Positions 50,703 to 64,000 of a stretch of 64,000 nt of DNA are shown here, one piece after another. Every line of letters starts with the position of its first letter. The stretch's first letter is position 1. A program made the position numbers and the translations under genes. The notes beneath the pieces were generated by a model. It did not search any database. It saw only the letters and a program-made list of their open reading frames with translations, and was not told the DNA's origin. The DNA is from Callorhinchus milii. Taxonomy: Eukaryota. The stretch lies in the NCBI RefSeq assembly GCF_018977255.1, contig NW_024704742.1, forward strand, positions 96,846,001 through 96,910,000, given 5' to 3'.

Positions 50703-52890
50703 GTCCTGTAGCTCAATGATTAGAACACTTGCCTCGCAAGCGAGAGACCTGGGTTCGAATCCCGGCAGGGCGAAATGTGGGGCAAGATTCCTTACTCCAC
50801 GTCTCTGTTTACCTACAACAACAACAACAACAAGATTCCATTTATAAAGCGCCTTTCACGTCAGGAGGACGTCCCAAGGCGCTGCACAGTTGGGTCATGA
50901 CCCGAGCAGGGGGGAAATGGTCAGGGTGAGGGGAGGGAAGGGAGGGAGCGAGGAGGGGGGAAATGGTCAGGGTGAGGGGAGGGAAGGGAGGGAGCGAGGA
51001 GGGGGGAAATGGTCAGGGTGAGGGGAGGGAAGGGAGGGAGCGAGGAGGGGGGAAATGGTCAGGGTGAGGGGAGGGAAGGGAGGGAGCGAGGAGGGGGAAG
51101 AGAGTCGAGAGGGGAGCTGAAAGCACGGTCAAAGAGAAAGGTTTTGAGACCGGCCTTGAAGGAGGAAAGGGAGGAAGCGGCGAAGGCACTGGGGGATAGA
51201 GTTCCAGAGCCTCGGGGCTGAGAGGCTGAAGGCCCGACCACCGATGGTAGGGCGGTTGGGGCGGGGGACGTGGAGCAGACCGGAGCCAGAGGAACGGAGG
51301 GTACGGGCAGGTAGGTAGGGGGATAGTAGGTTGGAGAGGTAGGAGGGAGCAAGGCCGTGAATGGCCTTGTAGGTGAGGATGAGGATCTTGAAATCAATCC
51401 TCTGGGGGATGGGGAGCCAGTGGAGGCGAGCGAGGGTGGGAGTGATGTGGTCCCGAAGCCTGGTGCGGGACAGTACACGAGCTGCAGAGTTCTGAATGAC
51501 CTGCAGCTTGTGGAGGGAGGTGGCGGGAAGGCCGGCGAGGAGAGAGTTCCCATAGTCCAGCCTTGAGGTGACAAAGGCGTGGACCAGGGTTTCAGCAGCG
51601 TGAGGGGTGAGGTAATGCCGTAGTCTGGCGATGTTCCGGAGGTGATGGAAGGCGGTGCCAGTTGTGGTGCGGATGTGAGGGAGAAAGGACAGCTCAGGGT
51701 CGAACAAAACGCCGAGGTTCCTGACTGGCTTTGAGAGGTGGAGAGTGCAGCCTTGGATGCTGATGGTGTCAGCGCCTGAGGTGCGGAGGCGCTGACGTGA
51801 GCCAATCAGGAGGGCCTCGGTTTTTCGCACGTTGAGCTGAAGAAAGTTGTCTCTCGTCCAGGACTCGATGTCGGACAGGCAGGCTGTCAGGACATCGGTG
51901 GTCGTGGAGTTGAGAGTAGAGGAGGAAAGGTAGAGTTGGGTGTCATCCGCATACATGTGGAAGTTAACTCCATGTCTGCGGATGATGTCACCAAGGGGGA
52001 GCATATAGAGGGTGAAGAGGAGGGGACCGAGGACAGAGCCCTGAGGGACACCACATGAGACAGTACGGGGGGTGGAGGAGAAGCCATTCGTCGAGACAAA
52101 GTGAAGACGGTGAGAAAGGTACGACCTAAACCATTCAAGGACAGTGCCTTGAAGGTTGAGGTGGGAGGACAAGCGGTGGAGTAGGATAGCGTGGTCGACC
52201 GTATCGAATGCTGCCGATAGGTCGAGGAGGACGAGGAGACAGAGGGAGCCCTGGTCACAGATGGTCAGGATATCATTGGTGACCTTGACCAGGGCAGTTT
52301 CTGTGCTATGGGCAGCACGGAAACCTGACTGAAGGGGTTCGAAAAGTGAATGGGTGGAAAGGAAAGAGCGCAGTTGGGAGGCGACAACTCTTTCCAAGAC
52401 CTTGGAGAGAAAGGGGAGGTTGGAGATGGGCCGGTAGCTTGATAGCTGCGACGCATCAAGGGAGGGTTTTTTCAGGGTGGGCGTGATGATGGCAGTTTTT
52501 AATGGAATGGGGACAGAGCCAGAGGAGAGGGACAGGTTGATGATGTCAGTGATATGTGGGGCAAGAAAGTGGAGCTGGGAGATAAGGAGTGGAGTGGGGA
52601 TGGGGTCAAGGGAGCAGGTGGTTGGTTTTAGGGATAGGATGAGTTCAGTGACAGACCTAGCAGTAAATAGGAACCTGGTTGTTAAGTTGATGGGTGGATT
52701 GCTTTTCTGAGGGTAATAATTCCTTTTTTTAAAAACAATTGGTCACTTCAATCCATGACTGTTTGTGGGACACTGCTGTGGACTATTGGCTGCAGCGTTT
52801 TGCCCACAAAATATACAATCAATTTACAGTATATTCTGTGAAGCTGTGGAGCTTTATAGGCGCTATATCAAATGCAAGGATCATTATTAT
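50703..52890 (+). mobile_element. tRNA-SINE split by an L2 insertion (pieces 50703-50815 and 52655-52890)
   Basis: Head gtcctgtagctcaatg...gggttcgaatccc...ccttactccacg. The remainder resumes at 52655 and ends tcaaatgcaaggatcattattat. Confidence 0.85.
50816..52654 (-). mobile_element. Young 5'-truncated L2 LINE with an uninterrupted reverse transcriptase frame
   Basis: Stop-free frame of about 500 codons from the truncation point: [49 protein letters not shown]. (TTG)n tail; ACCTA TSD. Confidence 0.97.
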
Positions 52891-54438
52891 GAATAAGTAC
52901 ATATCAATAATTATATTTTTTTGTTGCATAGAGTATTACAGCATGGAAATAGGCTAATTGGCCCAACTAGTCTCAACTGGTGTTTCTGTTCCACATGAGC
53001 CTTCACCCCTCCTAATCTTTTATTCTATACTCTTCGACCAATTTATTGTTGTATTCCCTTCTCCTGAATGATGCATGGCTTTCCTATTTTATATTTCATA
53101 GAATATTTTATATAAATCCAATATGTAAGTTGGTGCCTGCATATTTATTTATAAATTTATGTTTCAATAGCCTAAATATGAACATATAAATCATATTTTA
53201 ATTTACTTATTTAAGGTGTCATTGTGAAGCACACCAATATCCATTAATATGGGGGCAATCTCATGCAAAATGTTTCCCTCTTTAAATTAATGTTTTGACC
53301 TACACAAGATACTTTTTATATAAAAAAAGAGTCATTGTCTTGTGTGTTCCTTCTCCACCCCCTCCCCCACGTGCACCCAAGTCAGTTAAAACATGAATGA
53401 GAAGGCACCTAAATATCCAAATTTGGAATATCACACACTGATTATTTTGAATTGAAACATAAGATTTGCCCACAAAATATACAGTCAATTCAACAACAAG
53501 AAGTCAATTCACTTTACAGTATATTCTATGAAGCTCTTTGAGATGTCTCAAAGACGTGATGAGGCACTATATCAAATGCAAGGATTATTATTATAAGATC
53601 TTGTTCTCATCTTTAGCCTGCATTGTTGAGCTTTTTTTCCAGTGTTTACAGACTGAAGCCTCTTCAAGGAAAATGGGCTGATCTAAGTATGTGTTATATC
53701 ATAGGCTGATGATATAATGATGGGACAGTAGACCATTATTATCATTTGAATCTTGAATGAATACTAGTTGCTGTTATTGGGATGAAAGTTAAAATCAAGG
53801 AGTACAGATTATGCAATTGAGGATTTCAAAGTGTTTTTCATGGTACGTCCTCCCTACGTGAAAGGTGCTAAACAAATGTAATTTTGTATTTGTTGAATTG
53901 TATACTGGGCAGGGCTGCTGGCCCTATTGATATTTTCTTACTATGATCCCAAATTTGTTTTAATACATCAACTGACCTAAAATGAGGTTTATATTTGGAT
54001 ATTGTCTAACAGGCTTTGTTAGATTTACATTTTCAATAATGGATATTGGTAATCTCAACACTGTACAATGTATCCTTCAGGATTACAATTGTAACTTGTA
54101 ATGACCAGCATTCTATTCTAGCTACTTGTGGGGCTGCACCAAAAAACACAAGATAAGTGTATATTTCACTGCTTGTTATTATCGTATAGCAGATGTTTAT
54201 TCTTATTTCAGGGGAAACTATCTAGAGCAAACAAAAACATTAAACCATAGATATTTAGAGCACTGAAAGAAACCATTTAGATCATTGTGCCTGTGCTGGC
54301 TCTCTGAAAGACATATCTATTTAGCATGATTCTCATAGTTTTCCCATACCCTTTTATATTTCTCCTTTTCAGATATTTATCTAATTCCCCTTTAAAAGCT
54401 AATATGTTTTTGCCTCAATCATTTCTATGTAAACAATT

Positions 54439-54734
<296 letters not shown>

Positions 54735-57155
54735 GGCTCCCTTTTCTCTTTTGGTAATTACCTTAGCAATAACAACAACTTGCACTTATATAGTGCCCTC
54801 CATGCAGGGTGGGTCTCAGAGCTCTTAAATATTTGCTCTCCAGTTATTGATTCACTGACTAATGGAAAATTATTTCTCCCTGTTTACTTTATAAAAGTCT
54901 CATCTCGAGCTTCTCTGTTACAGGGACATTTTAAAACTTGTCAGAGTTGTACAATCAGAGAGACTACAGTACTCAAGGAGGCTATTCGGCCAATTGACTA
55001 TCTGCTGGTGGCAGCTCCTCTGCTGAAGCTAATTGCATCTTTTATATTCTTCCGCTTCAATTTGTTTCAAATTCCCTTTTAAAAATTGTTATGAGCTTAG
55101 TCCCAATTGCAACATCAGGAATAGCATTACATTATTCTGATAACCCTCTGTGTGGAAAAACTTGCAAGTGAATATATTTGTCATTTAATCTCATTTAATT
55201 CCTGACCTTATATCCCCGAGTTACCAATTTACCAAGCAGCAGTAATAATCATTTACTATTTATCTTCTCAAAATCATTTAGAGATCGTTCCAAACTTTTA
55301 AGTCTCTCTTCATAATTATAAGCATTATCCCTCATCTCCTTTTCAATCTATGCTGTACCTTTTCCATGCTGTCGTTTCTATGTGCAGAACTGCATCACGT
55401 GCATCCAACTGCAGCCTGACCACATAAGGCTTAGTGTTCCTAATTGGATTTTGGTTGTATGAGTAGATCAGTAATTTCAGACTATAAGCGGCTGATAATG
55501 ACGAATAAGTGTGAGATGGGAAAATATTCTCAAAATTTCCATTGCTATAAATCTACCTCAACAACATTTATATTGTGCCTTTCACATTGGCAGGATGTCT
55601 CAATAAAGTCCTTCATACAGCTGACTGGGAAGCCCAGTGGTGGGGGAGCAGAGTAGGGTGGGAGGAAGATGGCCGAAAGTGAGGTCAAAGAGATGGTTAA
55701 TCATTTAAAAGTGGGAAGGAAGGGTATGGGGCAGAGAGACTCCTGGAATGGAGTATGAGATATCAGTGTAAGAATGGCTGAAGGAATTGGAGAATTGAGC
55801 AGATTGGGTCACTGTTAGCTAAACTGAGGAAGTGGCCAGGTTGGTAGGGTTGTAGTTTATTGGAAGTGTCAAATAAAATTACTTCAAGGAAGGAAGTGTG
55901 GTATTCCTCATGGTGCAGACCAAGTGTTGGTACCTGAGCCCTTCTTGATGTCGATGATACTGCACTACACCACGCTGCACTTCAACCATGGAACCTTCAG
56001 TAGGCTTCTTTCCATAATGTGGTGAATGTGTTCAATTATATGGTACAAATGGTGTGAAAGAGTAATGAAATTGATCTTGACATTTAATTTTGGGTGAATA
56101 CGGTCCTGTACTACTAGCTCTTTTGTTTAAACAGTGAATTGCTGGTAGATAAACTATTCTGCATGTGTTGATATAATGTATTTGTGGTATAATGTATTTG
56201 ACTGTATTTTACTTTTCTCATTTCTTAAAACTCAGATTCAGCTTGTGGGAAATGTGTTTTTTTTTAAAAAAAGATGATGTGTATGTGTTTTGGAGAAAGG
56301 TAAGTGTTTTGAATGACTCTTAATGCCTGTTTAGGCTGGGGTGAAAAAGCCACAGAGCTGCTGGAGTTAGGTTACTCAGCCAGAAAAGAGACTCATTTGA
56401 TGTATGCAGCAGGTCTATCTTCACTCACTGAGATCCACATTATTTTGGTCTATGGTCCTCAATGCTAAAAATGATCATTAATTAAGTGTATGTTCCCGAC
56501 TTCTAATGTTCTAAATGTTCTAATTTGTTAGGAAAATAATATGCACTTTTTCTAATTTGTTAACAAAAGTATATTCATTGCCTTCTGTTGGTTTCATTAG
56601 TAAAGTCTCCCGGTGAATCTTCACTTTATAAACTCAGAAAGTCCCAGATTTAATCTGCTTGTGCTATAAGAATGCTAATTATTATTATTACGATTATTAC
56701 AATTGAGCTCTGCACAATGAGAGCTGGGTAGGGGAAAATCAACGTGAGCTCTTGCTCCTGATTACTATTTAGCCCTCCATCCCCCCTCTCTTTTACTGGA
56801 AATGCACATGGAAGCGCTGCTGACACACGCTCTCCAAGCTCATATATAAAAAATGGCTGCTTGGAGGGCATCTGGTGTTCACAGAATCATATTTCAACAT
56901 GAATCAACAGCTTAAGGAGAGGAGTGCAGGAAGTTGTACCTTTTTTAAGTAAATATTTATGACCAGAGAAATGCTGTGACTGCTCTTGTTTATTCAGTTG
57001 ACAATGATATGCTTGTGTAGTGACTTTTCATTGAATAGAGAGTAGTACTTCTGTACATAGCAGAACCATTTTTGAAGAACCTTTTTGGCATACCAAGGTT
57101 GCTTTGTCAAAAGTATGCCAAAGCTTTAAAGTGGGTGTTATGTAATCCATTCTAA

Positions 57156-57319
57156 CAACAACAACAAGATTCCATTTATAGAGCACCTTTCACGTCGGGA
57201 GGACGTCCCAAGGTGCTGTACAGTTGGGTCAGGACCCGAGCAGGGGGGAAATGGTCAGGGTGAGGGGAGGGAAGGGAGGGAGCGAGGAGGGGGTAGAGAG
57301 TCGAGAGGGGAGCTGAAGG
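57156..57319 (-). mobile_element. Young L2, 3' UTR only
   Basis: Matches the 3' ends at 14715 and 50816. CATTCTAA duplicated at 57148-57155 and 57320-57327. Confidence 0.9.
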
Positions 57320-59399
57320 CATTCTAAGTATGGGTATGTTGTTTGAATAAAATGTCCTGGTTGATATTTGTGAATTGTTTTATTTAAACTGTCTTTTAAC
57401 ACTGCTCTTATGTTTTGGAGAGGCTCTCTGAATATTAACCTTTTTGAAAGGACAGAATTCTGTTTTAGATGCTTGTGCTGTCTGTCTGTTAAACTGGTGT
57501 ATTTAAAAAAAATGCAATGCAATTTACTCATTGAATTCCGCAGCTTTGTCAAAAAGGATTACTATGAATCTAGTAATGTGTTATGTTTATGCACTTGGAA
57601 ATAAATGAAAGATAGTTGTTGCTTAAAAAAATTGTAATGTGCTTGATGCCAAGCATGTTAAAGATGGTCTAAAGAAAGGCTTATGGATTGTTGAAAGAAA
57701 TGCTGGTCAAATTCATGCATTTTACAGCATATGACAGTTGTCTTAACATTAATTTAAGAACTCTTTTTTGTTGTGACTTGCTTAATATTTTAGAAGGGAA
57801 GGTGAATAAAATGCTGAGCATTTGGAATTTATGTAAAAAAGATTATGTTATTCGACCAGAAATGTCATTTGATTTTTATCAGAGTTTTGAAGTGATTCAC
57901 GTTGGTTACATATATTCTGTTATTCTGAATCACCTTAAGTCTTTATTTGGTAAAAATGTTTTATTGATTAATCAAATTAATCCAATACTTTGATCAGGCC
58001 TTTGATTGCATTGGGAAAATATGTATCGCGAATCATTTTTTGCTTCTACGGTGTGGTGAGTATCTGGGCTGTTTTTCTTGTTTTTTTTAAAAAAAACAGG
58101 GAGTTTAAACTGGCCTAATTTGAGCAATGTCTGTCAAAAATGAATGTTGCTTTCTTGCCGCACTAAACTTCAGTTGACTTCAGTAAGTTTCACTTGGAAT
58201 TAGGTTATCTGCTCCAAGTAGACTTATTGCCTTTGTGCTGTATTTAGGTCATACAAGAAATTTAGTTAAAGTAGTGAATACAGTACTGGCAGTAGAAAAT
58301 ATTCTTTGATTTACTGTGACTAGTTAAAAACAGTGGATTCTAATGCATTAATTCATGCTCTATTCAAAGCAGACTCAATTTGAGTCCATTTTTGATTGAT
58401 GTAATGTGCGCATGGTGAATTGGGTTGATACTACAGCTCCAAAAGTTAAACTATTGGATCATCCTTAGTTTATTTTCATATTATAAGAGTCAGGTTGCAC
58501 TCCAATGCCTTAATAAATGTAATATGCCAATCAGTAAGTGAGATTTTGATATGGGAAATAATGATGCTTTACTATATGTTTCCTCCCAATTCCTTTTGGT
58601 GGTACAGAAACTTAAGAGCAGAAATGCAAAGATGCTTTTTGTAACTCCTTATTGACATCTCAATTAGTGGCCATCCTGATGTTTAGCATTCAGAAGAGAT
58701 CTCCAATAGCAAATGTACACTTTGGCCTCTGTTGATGACTTGGGTATTGAAAGAAGAAGATTATTTGATGAAGCGTTGCCATCAGTGAGGAGATTTGAAA
58801 GAATTTTGACAGCCTATAAAATCAACTACTAATAAAGCAAACCATTTAAAATGGGGGAAAATCTAGAGTAGTATGTTGCTAAACAGATCGATTCTCTTCC
58901 ATGAGAATTATTAATAATGCATTATTTTCTGGAAGTAATAGAGATAAGGCTAAAACCAGGTTCAATTGTGTGCATATTGTAGACATTTCTGTCTTACATA
59001 ATGTTTTGCCTTCTAGTTCTCTTGGCAAGCATCTGCTAATTTCTGGACTTATGGGAGAAGTATGGACACTCAACCTTAATTGACCCACTTTAATTCCTTC
59101 TTGGGATTTGCTTCATGAACTTTATTATATTGATTTTTGTATTGTAGGGTCAAGAACATTTAGGTGAGGTCCTTGTCTGGCCTGCCACTTCTGACAATGT
59201 TAGCACCTCAACCCAAACTCGAACCAATTGTTGCCATATTTCCATCTTGGTGAGGAATTTTCTGTTCCTTTTATACATAAATTTGAACGAGAAATTTAGA
59301 TGAAAAATCTAATTTGGCCAAATTGATCACATCCTTACAATCACCTGTGATTACAGAACCAAGGTGTTTCTTAAATATGCCCATATTCCTGAAGATTAT

Positions 59400-59630
59400 A
59401 ATAATAATTAATACTTGCATTTGATTTAGAATAGTGCCATAGGGTTTTTAATATTCATCAGAACAGCAGACAGGACTTTAACTTGATGTCTCCTCCAACA
59501 ATGTACCACTCTGTTGTACACTGCTATATCAGCCTAGACTATGAACTTGCGGCCGAGTGGCACCATATACAGCTTAAATGCACAGCCTCATGACCCGATG
59601 GAGTATACTGCCAACTGAGCGAAACTGGCA
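59400..59630 (-). mobile_element. Old Deu-domain SINE fragment
   Basis: aatacttgcatttga...aatagtgccatagg...agcctagactatg...ctgccaactgagc. Confidence 0.5.
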
Positions 59631-62600
59631 TCTGTTTATTTCCCTGAATATTGGGCAATGTTGTATGCCAGCAAACCTGAAAAATGCTTGATGGGATATA
59701 TATTCTACACTCTTATAAATTAGTTGTGAGGAACTCATCGGAACCAATAACTAACACATTTGACTGCCATATCCTTGGTGGCATTGAAAATCCATTAGGC
59801 TGCCACTTCATAAAATCATGTCACAACGCATAATTAGTCTTAAAACCGATGTACTGAAGACAAATTGGTAGTTCTGCCCTCACACCTGGGGTCTTTGCTC
59901 TCCTGTAAGCGTTTTTCTCCTCTTCAAAATACGATTGGGTTATTGTCAAATGGTGTGTGATTGATAAAATTGCATAGAATAGTACAGCACAGACACAGGT
60001 CATTCAGCCCAACTAGTCCGTGATGGACATTGATGTTTGTTGATAATGAAGCAGAAAGGAAGATTTAAGCATAAATGAGGTCTCCTTTATTTTTCAAATT
60101 AAAGCGGTCCTGCATGCTCCCTCAGACCCTTGAAAAGGATGCAATTATTTAGAAGTTAAAATATAATGAACAATCAGGAGTCTTCCCTTCCCTGCTTTAT
60201 ATATGTAGAGTTAGAATCGAAGAGAGGCATCTTTGGATGTCATCAAATCCAAATGCTTCATTGCATTGTGGACCTCCAAAGTATACAGAAAGATTTTCTT
60301 TCAAAGAATGTACAAGACCCGAGAGGTAAATTATCTTTCTGATTTGTATGTAAAGATATGAATTATTTGCTTATTTCATTTTTTTGGGCAAAGCAGCATT
60401 TGTGATCAAGGGGGCAGGCATTCACAGTCTGCTCCCAGGTTTCCGCCAGTGCCGATACTCCCTTCAATTTTCCCTCCAAGTGCAATTAAACACAGTGGAA
60501 TAGGAGAATTGAGTACAATTTCTCCTATTGCTTCAATGTTTAAACATGCTGCACTGTTTTACTCTTGTGTGCTAATAACACAGCTGGTAGTGCCTCCTTG
60601 TCAAACAGCTGGAGCAAGCACGATCAGTCAGTGATCTTTGCACCATTCACTCTCCCATAGGCTGGTTGCCTGTGAAGCTCAGTCAGGCCACAGGTGGGTG
60701 GGAACACACAATTGCAGTTTGCTGGAGCTGATCACATGTAAACCGGGTTACTGGCAATGCGGTAGAAATGAATTTTTTTGTTTAAAAAGATGAATTGATT
60801 ATAAAAGCACTGCTCTACTGACAGCAATGACAGTTAAAGCATGCAATATATAATCCCGTGAGTAGCTAAAGATGCTTTGGACTATCATAATCCAAAAAAT
60901 AAATACAACAAATTAATTTTTAAAAATTACTTCAGTTATTCACTTTAGATCATTCCCTGTTTATTTCGGTCCAGAAATGTTTGTGTTCTTTCTGAAGAGA
61001 TTTTATTTGGTTTCTTGAGCAGATATTTCATATTAATACTTTACTGTATACAAGTTGAGATACTATTTTACAAGATACGGTAACTATCTGGCTCAAATTA
61101 TTTTTATTCATATAAACACTGTAAATTAAACAGTATGAAAATATTTCATAACTATGTAGCTTGAAATGGATCCTAGGCAGACTAACTAGATTTGGTATTG
61201 TACATTTGACTCAGCAATGACAGCAGTTTACTTTCCCCATTTGTTAGTTTCTTTTTTAATCAATGACCTGTTCTCGTGAGTTTCACTGTTCTTTCGAAAT
61301 GAACTTCCAAATAAGGACTAAGTGTAAACAATAAGGGTATTTCAGTACAGTATTTCAGCAGTGTATGACCTGAAATTGATTCAATTTTGGTTTAGAATAT
61401 TCAGCTATTGGTAGTGCAGTTCTGTATATTGTGGTGTATTCATAACCAATTTAAAAAATCTTAATGTGTTTTTAAGTTAATAAATCATGTATTTGAAGCT
61501 CTTGTCTCAATACGTAGTTTATTTAAGTCCATGATCTTGTATTTGTTCAAACTGTGATAGATGTACTTGGGTTAGAAACATAGAAATCTACAGTGCAGAA
61601 GGTTATTTGGAAAAGTATAAGATTATATTCAAGTATTTTAAAACTTTTTTGTACAGTGATTTATTTCTCTCTGTAGGGCATTCCTTCTCCCATCCTGCAC
61701 TGTTCTCTAAGACAGAGAGATAGTCTTGCTCTCACCACCCTGCTAATCTGTAACAAGTCCAATACCCTCAGGTTTCCTACTCATCCTCCCTCCCTTTGGT
61801 AAAACATTATGCCTTTGCTTTTATCCCTCTTGCCCCTTTAAAACTTGTTTTTAAAACTTTTGAGATTTTTAAAACTTGATTAATTTTGTTAAGAACGAAG
61901 TGTGCCGTCAGCCACCACAGTATAAACACAACTATAGTTGTTAAAGCTAACATTAATATTTATACTGTATTAAGTTTCTTGAATCCTGAGGTTTTTAATG
62001 GAAACCTCTGAGAAGCTTCATATATTTATGTTGACCCCCATAAGAGCTTTTGATCATATTCATAATTCTTCAGTAACAGTTTGACCAAAAGAGATTGGCT
62101 CATTTCACAGTAGATGCTTTCAAACCCTTAGAATTCAGATGAATGTTTAAATGTTAAACAAAGAAACCTTTGAGGTAGGGAAGGCATGTAGCGACTACAA
62201 ATTAGATCAGTTTAACAAAATATTTATGCATACAGTATTTATAAAAGGGGTTCTATAACTTGACATCTTATTTTGTGTGCGGATTTAATTTTTTTATAAA
62301 AGAAAACTAATGTAGAAAGAAGTACTGTACTTTTCTTGTCCTCTGTTACAAAATCATATCAACTTACCTATTGGGGCAACTGTAAGTCTGAATCATCACC
62401 CCAGCTCTTTGCCACAGACTGTTTTGCAAGATAGCTATATCATAAAAATCTAGTTATTATTAACAAACAAGTTTCCTGCTATAACCTATGCTGGACAAGA
62501 TATTACACTATTCTCTAAGGAATCCAATTGACAAGTCTCAGCAATAATCTAAGTGGTTTTCTTGGCAATATAAAGGCACAAGATGAGTCTTTATGAGGTA

Positions 62601-64000
62601 TTTCTCCCCCAGAAATACAAAATTTAAGCATCTTTTATGCGGTAATAACATTTTACCAAACTTGGGTGAAAAAGTAATCTTTGAAAGAGAATTTTCTAGA
62701 CCTTCATTTTTAATAACAATATTAATGCAAGTAAAGTAACTTGGAGGGTTGTTTATTAGATATTAGCCTCAAGATGATGAAGAATGATAAAATGATTTTT
62801 TTTACAAAGTACTTTGTAACACAGATAGCTACCATTCTACTGAGTAGCAATTTAGTTTATGTAGCCTAAGACATTACTATAATGCAGTAATTCTAGTTAC
62901 TAGTACAATGATTGTACTTTAATCCGCCACAACATGTATCTGAAAACTAGGAGTTCAATAGTATCTAAACAGCATTTTATATAATTTTTTTCACACAGTA
63001 GGGATTTCTAGAAAAATTACATTGGGGTTTAATTGGTAATATTTGCACATGGGTTTGACGTGCTAATTGCAATTTCTGAAGGTTGGCAAAGTGTGAAAAT
63101 AAGTGAGAGCAAAACATCATCAGATAGTAAATGGAAGCTCAATTAGGGATTATTATAACTTCTCCATGCATAGGGTGGACTTGAATATGACAAAGAATAT
63201 GGACTTGCTAGAGGAAGCTGTGGTTGAAGCAAATATCCAAAACATGGGGGCATAGTTTCAAAACATGGCTGTATATTTTCATGTAAATGGAAAATGGCTG
63301 ACATTTCTTGGACTGTTTAGTTTTGAGCATTAACTAGTACTTATAGGTTTGTTACAGGTGGAGGTGTGACACACAGATCTCCTTCATTGATAATTGATGA
63401 ATGAGTGAACCTAATCAAAACAGAATTTCCCTTCTCCAATGGTGAAACGGCTCTTAAATCAGCTGTTAATTCTGAAGATGTAAAATTTGTTGGCAGGATT
63501 TTAAGATGTGATATTCCTGTCATCATGTCTAATGACAGATTTTGCTTAATCAAGATTGAACAGTGACCACCTGAACTGTGGCAGGCACCGTAATTGGAGA
63601 ACAATAAAGGTATTTGTTAAATGAAATCTTCAGTTTGCCATTTAAGCTTCCATGTAGATCTTAAATCCTGGTCTCAGTGAACTAATACAGAATCATTTGA
63701 ATTATTTGGGTTCACAGTGTGCCTGCACTCTATAGATGGAAAATATTCTAATGACTGACTGAGAAACCATCTTGAACTGCTATATTAAATGGAGATGTAA
63801 CAATGTTCCTCTGTCTCGTGCACAATATCTATTTCTCCTGCTGCTTGGGTGACTGCTGTACCAGGAAAAAGCCTGCCACACCTTAGAGCAGCTCCATCGA
63901 TTTTAATGTCTACGAAATTTAAAAAATAAACTGGAAATTGTTTGGGAGCTCTCTGACAGTGAGGAAGTTCAGGACTGCTGGATATTCCTGTATACTTGCC

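Overview
Vertebrate genomic DNA. The repeat content (L2, CR1, Deu-domain SINEs, tRNA-SINEs, a Penelope-type palindrome) suggests a cartilaginous fish, possibly a holocephalan; this is inference. Two protein-coding genes lie head to head. CEP78 is on the minus strand: 15 coding exons hand-spliced from 25216 down to 5951 into an uninterrupted frame of about 705 aa, with one GC-AG intron and a probable non-coding first exon and CpG promoter near 28.3-28.6 kb. GNAQ coding exon 1 is on the plus strand at 47191-47326, and its intron 1 runs off the window end. The rest is intronic or intergenic DNA rich in retroposons and GC-skewed minisatellites. Most interesting observations: a TSD-flanked palindromic Penelope-type insert with a decayed hammerhead-ribozyme core, a candidate unannotated spliced transcript with a TATA/ETS promoter near 40.5 kb, an inverted 70-bp intronic pair bracketing CEP78 exons 2-4, and three young L2 insertions with CTA-containing target-site duplications whose 3' hairpin is shared with local SINEs. 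Most long ORFs in the supplied track are repeat artefacts.
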